Of a DNA stretch of 64,000 nt, positions 36,436 through 44,540 are shown piece by piece. How positions within the stretch are numbered: position 1 is the stretch's first letter; every line of letters starts with the position of its first letter. The DNA is from a virus. Location of the stretch: positions 32,001 through 96,000 of IMG/VR virus record IMGVR_UViG_3300023202_000205; one strand, given 5' to 3'. The position numbers were made by a program, and so were the translations under genes. A model generated the notes under the pieces. The model had not been told where the DNA came from. It searched no databases and saw only the letters and a list, made by a program, of their open reading frames with translations.

Positions 36436-37715
36436 CCTCTACCACCTGGAACAAGGAAACGGTCAGTCGCCCCTACGGAACGGCGGGCCATATCCTTTGC
36501 CTGTTGCCAGGCGCTTTCAGCAGCATTCTGCGGCTGAGCGGCCTGTTGTGGCTGTTGTGCCTGTTGACCAGGTCCAAAAAGCGAGGAAGTCAGATTCGCA
36601 GGGGCTTGCGCCATGGACTTTCTGATCTGATCCATGAAACCATGCCCTGCCAGGAATGTGTAATCATGGAGCGTCGAGCGAAGGGCTGGGGCAAGATCCT
36701 CGTCCCCACGGCGCTCAGCGATCTGTTCAGCCGCTGCTTCGAGGTCTGAGAACGGAGCAGGGTTACCCTGCTCATCAGTCTGGTTGGCGGCTGTCTGGAT
36801 AGCTTCCAAGGTAGGGGCGTGGTATTTGTTCTTTGGGTTCGTCAACCGGTTATATCGCTCGTAGAGGTTATAGCCGCCTGCTCCCACCGCCAACGCTCCA
36901 AGTACCTTGCCGATATTACCGCCAAAGGTCATGGCGATAAGTCCAGCTGGGATCAGCGCCGTCTGCCAGTTCTCTTTGATCCAATCCGTAAACCCAGTAG
37001 CGTTCGGATTTTCCACCACACCTTCGACGGTCTTCCGCTCAATATCCTTAGCAACCTCGCTAGTACCCTCTCCAACACCTTTCCTGGCTTCCTCGATTAC
37101 GTCAACGCCAGCCAGATCCAACGCCTTCAGCGTAGCCGGATCGGCGATCGACTGACGTACCTTGGTATTATAGCTTTCCCACTGCTCAGGGGACCACGCG
37201 CTCGTCAGCGGGTCCATCGTCTCCGGTAGCCGCGATAGAGCTTGCTGAGCCTGTTGCTGATAGGGACCTCCCCGTGACATACGGAGCAGCTGCGCCTGCC
37301 GAGCAGCTAGATCGTCGAGCGCGCGAGGGGATTGCTGAAAATACGACTGCATGGCCTCTTGGGCAATCTGTTCATCAGTCGCCCCTTCCCCCAACTGCCG
37401 GGCGTAGTGCTTTTTCAGCTCCTGGTTCTGAAGAAGCCTATCTCGAAGACCACCATAGCCCGTCAAGAAGGTCCCTGGGGCAGTCGTGTACTCAGAGACC
37501 GCTCCGGACACCACTTGTGATGGGTCAAACTCTGGTGTCTCTGAAGCTGCCGAAGGAGTAGCTACAGGAGCAGGGGCTGCCTCAGTACTTGATGACATCG
37601 TGTTCTTAGGCGTCGGGGTAGCCGGCGCCGCTACAGCAAGGGGGTCTGCTATTTGAGCCTGTTTACGCAGCGCTCCGTGAACCTGCTCAAGAATGTGCTG
37701 CAGAGTCTTATCCAC
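36432..37715 (-). CDS. Putative ejected membrane protein
   Basis: LRKQAQ near the N-terminus; helical hairpin ALIPAGLIAMTFGG...VLGALAVGAGGY. Confidence 0.65.
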   Translation of the reverse strand: MDKTLQHILEQVHGALRKQAQIADPLAVAAPATPTPKNTMSSSTEAAPAPVATPSAASETPEFDPSQVVSGAVSEYTTAPGTFLTGYGGLRDRLLQNQELKKHYARQLGEGATDEQIAQEAMQSYFQQSPRALDDLAARQAQLLRMSRGGPYQQQAQQALSRLPETMDPLTSAWSPEQWESYNTKVRQSIADPATLKALDLAGVDVIEEARKGVGEGTSEVAKDIERKTVEGVVENPNATGFTDWIKENWQTALIPAGLIAMTFGGNIGKVLGALAVGAGGYNLYERYNRLTNPKNKYHAPTLEAIQTAANQTDEQGNPAPFSDLEAAAEQIAERRGDEDLAPALRSTLHDYTFLAGHGFMDQIRKSMAQAPANLTSSLFGPGQQAQQPQQAAQPQNAAESAWQQAKDMARRSVGATDRFLVPGGRG

Positions 37716-40700
37716 CGATCACCCCTTGTGACTTCAGGCGGGAAAGGGTCTGAGCCACCTCGTCCGCGCCTACCGTCGTGGGTACATTTTGCGGGGCGGT
37801 AGCAGGCTGGTCAACGGAAGTAGCGGGGGCACCTGAGATACCCTGCTGACCCAAGAACTGTTCATAATCGTCAGTCAGAGCCGCCCCCAAAGAAGCCGGT
37901 TGCTGAGGCACCTTCCGAGAAGGCTGTAAAGGCTCCCTAGCGGGAAGCCCCATGCTCCGCCTCTTCTGGGCTTCCAACGTCGCCAAACGACGGTCCCGTG
38001 CCTCTGGAGAGACAATACGCTCCCAGACCTGCTGGCCTCGGTCCTGGGCGAGCTGACGCTGCTCCCTGATACCTCTCAACTCCTGCTTGGCCGTCTGATA
38101 ACGCTGTTCAGATTCTTGGGAACCCCTCCGAATATCCTCTTGCTGCTGACGAATACGCTTCATCTCCTGGACGTGTTCCGCCTGTCGCTGCTGTACCGCC
38201 TCCTCATGCTCCGCCTTCCACTGCTCCTTCTGGAACTCCTTGCCTGCTTCGGAAATCTCCCGTTTCTCCCGACGGAAAGGATTGCGCCAAGAACCTGGAG
38301 CAGACGGGATGGGAGCCTCAGCCCCCTCCGTCAGAGACTCCATCATGACAGGGTTCAAGCGTGGTTGCCCTTCCGCATCATGCGCGATGAACGTCTGGAC
38401 GAACGTCTCATCGCCTACCAACCGCATCAACTCCTGTGCCCGGGAAGCGGCCTGAGGACCGTGCTGACCCTCTATGTGTTCCACAAGGTCGTGCTGTAAC
38501 TGGCTGACTTCACGATCTTTGGGCGCTTCCCCGTGACGGGTCTGCACGCGACTGTATGCGGCGTTATTGGCAAGCACCGCCAGTGTCTGAGGCCCCACGT
38601 TGGGCAGCGCTTCTGCCAACTGCGTATAGGTATCGGAGTACTCCTGGGTCATCTCACGAGCACGCTTGTACTTGCTCAGAAACTGTTGCTTGGCCAGATC
38701 GCGGGCCTCAGAGGGATCCATGGAATACCCAGAGTTGTCGAGCGCCCTGGTAAGGCCCCCAGAAGCAGAAGACGTGATAGCGTTCGTCAGCCCTGGATTA
38801 TCTGCCAGCATAGCTTGAAAATGTGTAGGGTCCCAGAAGGCAGCCTCAGGGAGACTCGCGATGTCACGAAGGGCATTCTGTCCCAAGCCGACCATGCCAC
38901 CCGAGTGGTACTCGTCCAGCCAACGCTTCTCCAGTGCCTGCTCAATACGGCGCTGGCCAGCAGGGCTCAGCCCTTCGTACACGTCCCAAGCACCGGCCCC
39001 AAGGCCGGCAAGAGGACCTAGTACCTTACTCGTTGCGCGTAACCCCCGGAGAGCCTTGAGCGTACTTGGTGATTGGGCCATACGGGATAGACGGCCAGCC
39101 GCGACTGAAGTAAGTGGACCTAGGCGAGAAGCACGGCCCCCACGAGCAACCAACTGAAGCGCTTTGTTCATCGCTTTTGCAGCCCGACCAGTACGGGCAC
39201 TCTCTACCACCGACTTGGTCAGCTCGCTGGCTCGCCGAGGAAGACGTCCAGCCTGCCCTTTCATCGCCCCACCCAGGGACTTCGCCCCCTGCATAGCCTT
39301 TGGAATGCCCGTCGCACGTGAAACCGCTCCACCTGCTTCCTGAATACCCTTTAACGCCTTCTGAACACCAGGTAGTTGCTTAATACGACTACCAACTTCT
39401 CGCCCAAGGCGGTTGGCCTTTTGAGCCATCACCGACTCGGCAAACGCCGTAACAGCAGTATCACCATAACGAGCGGCAAGCTGCCCCCACGTCGGAGAGT
39501 GCGCCGCCATAACCTTATCGATCCCAGCCGCCTTGAGGTCCTCGGTAATCTCTGGGGTCAACTCGGTACCTGGATCGTAGGTCTTTCCAGACCTGCCAGA
39601 AATGGGTTCCATCAGCGTACGGTCACCGACCTCTCCGATCAAAGATGTCGGCTCGCTATTTATGTTGAGTAGCTGCCAGTCCTTCTGACCACGGATAGCT
39701 ACCTCCTGGCCAGTAGTGGCATCCATTCCCGCCTGCATAAGACCCAAGTCGTTCAATACGCTGACAGCTGGCATTACCCTAGGAGCGAGAGCCCAGTTGG
39801 AGCCTTGTGACAACATGCGCTTGACCAACTCCTCTGACTCTTGCGCCTGTCTCTGGGAGATAGCCTTTTGAACAGCGGTACGGTCAGGGAGCGTTTCGAC
39901 AGCCTGGTTAATAGCCCCTATGCTTTCCTGGATTTGCTGCTCCGTCTCCTGCCGAGCATCATCCATCGCTACAAGGCGCTGGTCCTTGTACAACTGAGCT
40001 GTCCCTTCCGGACCACCATATCCGCCCTCCGCAAGACGAGTCCTGGCACGGGTAACCTCCTCTGGGTCGTACCCCTGTTCCCGCTGTGTTTGGTCCAACT
40101 CATCCAGGAGAGCGTTGGATTTGACATACTTGGCCTGCGCGCGAGCGAGGTCTACGTAGGGGGCTAGCCCAGGCCGTCGATTATGCGGGGTTTTCTGTTC
40201 TTCCTTCACATCCCCCATAAATGCTACAGATCCAGCGGGAACGCCGAAATTGGCGAGGAATGACAGAAAAGGACTTCTGGCCAATCCAACCGCTGCGACA
40301 TTGCCCGCAGCATCCAACTCGCTCAGTGTAGAACTAAACTCACGGCTCTTCTCAGCAAGTACTGAGTCGGGGGTAATGTCGTGAGACTGGGCCAAAGGGT
40401 CGAACATCATCGCACTTCCGAGAGTTTCGAAAGCAGATTGCCCCGTACGCTGTCCAAAAGATCGAATGACATCCCCAGCGTACATGGGTCTCTTGGACGC
40501 AGCCTCTATCCAGGACTCCTTGTCGAGCCCCACACCACCCTCTTCCCTGGGCCCAAAATAGTTGGGGTTCTGAATCTCGTAGATATCAGCAATATCGTTA
40601 AGGACCGACTTGATCGACTCGTCGATGTGCGCCCGAGGACCAAGCCGTTCCTCTACCTGCTCTTCTGAGATATCCTGAGCAAGTTTAGCCAGAGCCTTCT

Positions 40701-40848
40701 TATAGTACTTGTCCCAGCCATTGCCCTCGAGAGTGGCTGTACGGTAACCACTCCCAGTCAGATTAACCGCTGGGTACGTAGAAGGGCGCCCTTTACGACC
40801 CTTCTTGACCTCCATCTTTTTCCGCTTCTCAATTCGGGCCTTCCCCAC
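37708..40848 (-). CDS. Large (1046 aa) helical internal/ejection protein
   Basis: KKALAKLAQ near the N-terminus, tape-measure-like A/G/R-rich helices and LGPLAGLGAGAW. It lies directly downstream of the portal. Confidence 0.65.
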   Translation of the reverse strand: MGKARIEKRKKMEVKKGRKGRPSTYPAVNLTGSGYRTATLEGNGWDKYYKKALAKLAQDISEEQVEERLGPRAHIDESIKSVLNDIADIYEIQNPNYFGPREEGGVGLDKESWIEAASKRPMYAGDVIRSFGQRTGQSAFETLGSAMMFDPLAQSHDITPDSVLAEKSREFSSTLSELDAAGNVAAVGLARSPFLSFLANFGVPAGSVAFMGDVKEEQKTPHNRRPGLAPYVDLARAQAKYVKSNALLDELDQTQREQGYDPEEVTRARTRLAEGGYGGPEGTAQLYKDQRLVAMDDARQETEQQIQESIGAINQAVETLPDRTAVQKAISQRQAQESEELVKRMLSQGSNWALAPRVMPAVSVLNDLGLMQAGMDATTGQEVAIRGQKDWQLLNINSEPTSLIGEVGDRTLMEPISGRSGKTYDPGTELTPEITEDLKAAGIDKVMAAHSPTWGQLAARYGDTAVTAFAESVMAQKANRLGREVGSRIKQLPGVQKALKGIQEAGGAVSRATGIPKAMQGAKSLGGAMKGQAGRLPRRASELTKSVVESARTGRAAKAMNKALQLVARGGRASRLGPLTSVAAGRLSRMAQSPSTLKALRGLRATSKVLGPLAGLGAGAWDVYEGLSPAGQRRIEQALEKRWLDEYHSGGMVGLGQNALRDIASLPEAAFWDPTHFQAMLADNPGLTNAITSSASGGLTRALDNSGYSMDPSEARDLAKQQFLSKYKRAREMTQEYSDTYTQLAEALPNVGPQTLAVLANNAAYSRVQTRHGEAPKDREVSQLQHDLVEHIEGQHGPQAASRAQELMRLVGDETFVQTFIAHDAEGQPRLNPVMMESLTEGAEAPIPSAPGSWRNPFRREKREISEAGKEFQKEQWKAEHEEAVQQRQAEHVQEMKRIRQQQEDIRRGSQESEQRYQTAKQELRGIREQRQLAQDRGQQVWERIVSPEARDRRLATLEAQKRRSMGLPAREPLQPSRKVPQQPASLGAALTDDYEQFLGQQGISGAPATSVDQPATAPQNVPTTVGADEVAQTLSRLKSQGVIGG

Positions 40849-40857
40849 GGGCTACCC

Positions 40858-42747
40858 TCACATACCACCTTGGAGTAGCATCTGGCCGCCCTGGCTACGG
40901 GCTGACGATCGGATGTCCTCCATCCGCTGCATAACCAAGTCATGAAGGTCCTTATTACCCTCCCGAAGCGCCTTGAGCTCCTGCTTACGACTGAAATCGT
41001 CCATCGTCACAAGCTGCTGGGCAATCTGGTCAGCCTGGTCGGAGATAGCCGACAAAGACTGCGGAGTCTGGCTCTGCGGACCAGGCATACCCCCCATAGG
41101 AGCCCCACCCATACCTGCAGCCGCCGCTCCACCGGCAGCCATGGGATCCATCGGAGCCCCACCTCCAGCCCCGGCCATCATCTGTTGCTGCTGCATAGCT
41201 GACGGAGTTGGGTGCTGAGTCATCCCCTTGAGGACGCCCATCTCCTGCTGCTTCATAGCACGCTCGTCGTATTCCGATTGAATACGGGCCACATAGTCCT
41301 GATGGGACATGACCTTTTTGACCTCTTCGTGAGCGTCGATGCCGAACGGCTGCAGAGCGGTCTGAGGCGACAACTGGTTGGCCGACATGAGCTGCAAGAG
41401 CACTGCCTTACGTTCCATATCATCGGCAATAGTGGTCTTCTGCATCTGAACCTTGGTCCGGTCCAGGCCATACGCCCGCGACACCACATTGACGATCCAC
41501 TCGAGAACCCTGTTATAGAAGGCAGGAATAGCCTGCCAGTAAGCCTCAAACAGACGGAGCGACATAGGAGCTGCCTGGGTAGATAGGTTCATCTGATGGT
41601 ACTCAAGCGGGACACCCAGCTGGTTCAGGTATTCCTGGTGACGGAACTTCAGTTTTTCAGGTGGCAACAGTTTATCGCCTTCCCCTCCCAGGAACTGATA
41701 TTGCAGCGGGTAAGGACTCACGTGGTAGCTCGCCGGATTGTTCCGATGCTCATTCACGATGTTACGAACACGGCCGGAGAAGTTCTCCATACCAGTTGTC
41801 ACCATCGGGTCCTGTCCACCAGGGGTAGGTGTGGGACTTATGATCCTCATACCCAAGGTATAATCGATCGTAATCGCCTGATCCTGTTTGTTAGTTAGCT
41901 GCTGTAGCCACGCAGTACGGAAATTGGCGATGCTGCGAGGAATACCCCACCCTCGCGTACGCAGGCCTGAAATCTGCACCTCTGATTGATGAAGAATCAT
42001 GTCCTCATCGAACCGCAGACGCCCGTTGACGGCGACCGCTTCGAGCACCTCTAGCGGGGTGTCGTCAATGTGAATGCGGGACCTCCCCAGGATGTCCCGC
42101 CGCTCCTCCTCCGGAATCTTCCAGTAGAACTCTTTACGAAGACTAAAGCGATTCTGACTGATCTCGATGTCAGATGGGTCATACCTGTTTAGTTTGACCT
42201 TCGACAAATCGGGGTCCCGGCGATCGAAGACTTCGTAATTCGAACGGTCTCCACAGCGCGGGCATGCCGACTTACGATGCCACCTCAGATAAGGTGCTGC
42301 CGTGTGGAACTCCAGATTATAGCCGACCTCCGAAAGTGGCTGCTCCAGTTGACACCCTTCGCAACGAACAAAACGCTTGAATGGTAAGTAGATACTGACG
42401 AAGGAGTTACCATAACATAGGTAGTCGTAAGCGGGGCCAAGCAGCTCCCGGCGGTAGTCCATATGGTTACTAAACAGATCTTTGAAAGCCGATTCTTCAT
42501 CAGCCTGAAGATCAGGGAACTCCAACACCGTCATGAAATGACAGGCCACTCGCTCCATCGCAGTACGGTAGTTACCGTCTGAGATCCACATGTACTGGGA
42601 CCACCACATCACCAATTCGTGGTTGTCTGGTACCGCCACCGTAGAGTAATCCAGCCACGGAGTCATAAATGGTCGCTGGTTTGGCGACAAAGAGGTGCTA
42701 TTGGTTAGCGCTCGATTATCGGGAGTGGGGATAATTGAGTTAGGCAT
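40858..42747 (-). CDS. Portal protein with Zn-ribbon insertion
   Basis: DYLCYGNSFVS portal-type motif, RGWGIP, LGVP, CEGC...CPRC insertion and an M/G/P/Q-rich C-terminal tail; 629 aa at the head of the head-gene block. Confidence 0.8.
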   Translation of the reverse strand: MPNSIIPTPDNRALTNSTSLSPNQRPFMTPWLDYSTVAVPDNHELVMWWSQYMWISDGNYRTAMERVACHFMTVLEFPDLQADEESAFKDLFSNHMDYRRELLGPAYDYLCYGNSFVSIYLPFKRFVRCEGCQLEQPLSEVGYNLEFHTAAPYLRWHRKSACPRCGDRSNYEVFDRRDPDLSKVKLNRYDPSDIEISQNRFSLRKEFYWKIPEEERRDILGRSRIHIDDTPLEVLEAVAVNGRLRFDEDMILHQSEVQISGLRTRGWGIPRSIANFRTAWLQQLTNKQDQAITIDYTLGMRIISPTPTPGGQDPMVTTGMENFSGRVRNIVNEHRNNPASYHVSPYPLQYQFLGGEGDKLLPPEKLKFRHQEYLNQLGVPLEYHQMNLSTQAAPMSLRLFEAYWQAIPAFYNRVLEWIVNVVSRAYGLDRTKVQMQKTTIADDMERKAVLLQLMSANQLSPQTALQPFGIDAHEEVKKVMSHQDYVARIQSEYDERAMKQQEMGVLKGMTQHPTPSAMQQQQMMAGAGGGAPMDPMAAGGAAAAGMGGAPMGGMPGPQSQTPQSLSAISDQADQIAQQLVTMDDFSRKQELKALREGNKDLHDLVMQRMEDIRSSARSQGGQMLLQGGM

Positions 42748-42756
42748 AGAGTCTCT

Positions 42757-42772
42757 GTGTTCGCGCGAACAC
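42757..42772. promoter_or_regulatory. Palindromic junction motif (perfect 16 bp)
   Basis: gtgttcgcgcgaacac ends 9 nt before the portal ATG at 42747. Confidence 0.75.
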
Positions 42773-42802
42773 TTTTTCCACTGGGGGAGCTGTCATAAGC
42801 TA

Positions 42803-43705
42803 TCAGTCGACCCGGACGAGAACAACTAACAACATCTCGTGACCATCGACTCGCATCTCAAAGGTAAACCCGTAGTATACACAGGGATACGTATTACCTT
42901 CGTGACTGACCGTCAAGCAGTCAGAGGGCTCCTGCGATATAGGGGGCTCAACAATCACCGCATCGTCGTCATCGACGTATCCCAGGACAACGAGCTGGTC
43001 CGAGATAGCAAGCTTGTTCACTCGTAGCCGGTGGCGGCCCATCCGCTCCGACTCCATGATAATCTTGATACGCTCAGCAGACGGGGACGTGGAACTTGCC
43101 ACCCGCAGCCCATTGAGTGCTGCCATACCAGATCCACCAGTAGTCGCCGCAACCGTTTGTGCCATCTCCGGCCCCGGCATAGCTGGTGTAACGTCTGTAG
43201 GAGGCGCCTTCTCCGGCTCTGGGGCAACCTCCTCGTGAGCGGTCTTGGCTTCCTGTCCCTGGACGTTGACAGGGGTTTCCGCGTCGAGATGAGCCGATGA
43301 ACGGCGAACAGGCTGCACCCCCACCCCGTGCTCTGCGGCAGTCTTCGGCGCTGGGGGGCGAACTGTAATGCCCATCGCCTCGACCCCCATTTCCAAAGAA
43401 GCGTCCTTGTGAAGCACGCCCTGAGGGGCCTGAGCAGCATTCTCCGGGTTGACTATGGAGCTCATAGCACAATTGCGGACACCCTCTTCGCGAGATACCG
43501 TCCCATCATCGTTGACAGTCACTTGGTCCACCCGGATATCGGACAGATCACCCTCCCGCGAGGCTACGGAGGCCCCAGAAGGGAGCCGCAGCTCCGTCTG
43601 ATCTTCTCCGGGGGATACGTGTTCCGCCCGGGCCAGGCCGCTAAGTCGGTTAGGGTGGTCCTTGCAGTAATGAATCCCTGCAAAACCTAGATTGCCTTCA
43701 TCCAT
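42803..43705 (-). CDS. Hypothetical protein with P/A-rich linker and small C-terminal beta domain
   Basis: 300-aa ORF directly upstream of the portal, with its own promoter. Confidence 0.6.
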   Translation of the reverse strand: MDEGNLGFAGIHYCKDHPNRLSGLARAEHVSPGEDQTELRLPSGASVASREGDLSDIRVDQVTVNDDGTVSREEGVRNCAMSSIVNPENAAQAPQGVLHKDASLEMGVEAMGITVRPPAPKTAAEHGVGVQPVRRSSAHLDAETPVNVQGQEAKTAHEEVAPEPEKAPPTDVTPAMPGPEMAQTVAATTGGSGMAALNGLRVASSTSPSAERIKIIMESERMGRHRLRVNKLAISDQLVVLGYVDDDDAVIVEPPISQEPSDCLTVSHEGNTYPCVYYGFTFEMRVDGHEMLLVVLVRVD

Positions 43706-43710
43706 TCCGA

Positions 43711-43739
43711 ATGGTACCCTTCCTTCGGATATTTTGCAA
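43711..43739 (-). promoter_or_regulatory. sigma70-type promoter, probably giving a leaderless mRNA
   Basis: Minus strand TTGCAA-17 nt-TACCAT, then 5 nt to ATG 43705. Confidence 0.6.
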
Positions 43740-43742
43740 GGG

Positions 43743-44540
43743 CTAGGAGATCGTAGACAACGCAGACGCTAACAGGTTGTCCCAGTTGACTTGGGCGTCG
43801 ACTGCATGGACGTCATCAATATCCAAAAACGGTGTAAAATCGGCAGCTTTCTCCATGTCAGGCACCTCTGACGTTAGAATCCAGTTGGCGCGACTCTGAT
43901 AAGGGATGCCCATGTGAAGCGGCGCTGCTTTGAGAATCTCAGCTACCTGCCTTCCTTTACGCTCGAGTGTATCCGCTACTGACCTCATGGATGGTCCGTG
44001 AAACCGATCGATGACGTTGACGTACATATGCCGGCAGCGCTCACACATCGTACCAAGGTAGCCCTCAAGGATCTCATTCCCCCCGTCATAAGCATCGGCA
44101 CACCCGAAGTCCCACTCATCAAAATGATCCTCGTAGAACCGTGCGGCGTCCTCTATAACGATGTTGAGTCTTCCCTCATCCATGTAGTGGACCAGGAGGG
44201 GGTAGTTATCCAACGCCACTTGGACCATTACCGGGTCAATCTCGATAATCGTCAGATCCACCCGAGGAAAGTTGTAAAGCAGCTGCACAGCGCCGGACCC
44301 GCTCCCGAGACCCACCATGGAGGCTGTAGCGCTTGGGTTCATAACGGCACCCAACATCCACCCGAGTGGGTAGATGGAGCTGGATATCGGCCCAGGAGCT
44401 CCGTATGGAAGTGACTCGTGAACGATGGCTGCTGAAGGCCTTAGGTAAGAAGCCCCCTGCTGTTGTCCATTCAGGAGCAGGATCCGTTGCTGGCCATGGT
44501 CTACGACCTCGATAACACCGAAACGTCCTTTACGCTGCAT
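43743..44540 (-). CDS. Spermidine-synthase-like SAM-dependent transferase
   Basis: Motif I MVGLGSGSG, motif II IIEIDPVMV.VA, IEDA, DAYDG, and N-terminal 'I.VVD....R.L.LNG..QG'. Confidence 0.75.
   Translation of the reverse strand: MQRKGRFGVIEVVDHGQQRILLLNGQQQGASYLRPSAAIVHESLPYGAPGPISSSIYPLGWMLGAVMNPSATASMVGLGSGSGAVQLLYNFPRVDLTIIEIDPVMVQVALDNYPLLVHYMDEGRLNIVIEDAARFYEDHFDEWDFGCADAYDGGNEILEGYLGTMCERCRHMYVNVIDRFHGPSMRSVADTLERKGRQVAEILKAAPLHMGIPYQSRANWILTSEVPDMEKAADFTPFLDIDDVHAVDAQVNWDNLLASALSTIS

Noticed and set aside
12554-42747. Eukaryotic virus (herpes-like or mirusvirus) origin
   Set aside because: The RNAP is bacterial beta/beta' type, genes have Shine-Dalgarno sites, sigma70-like promoters and overlapping operon structure, and no introns are evident.
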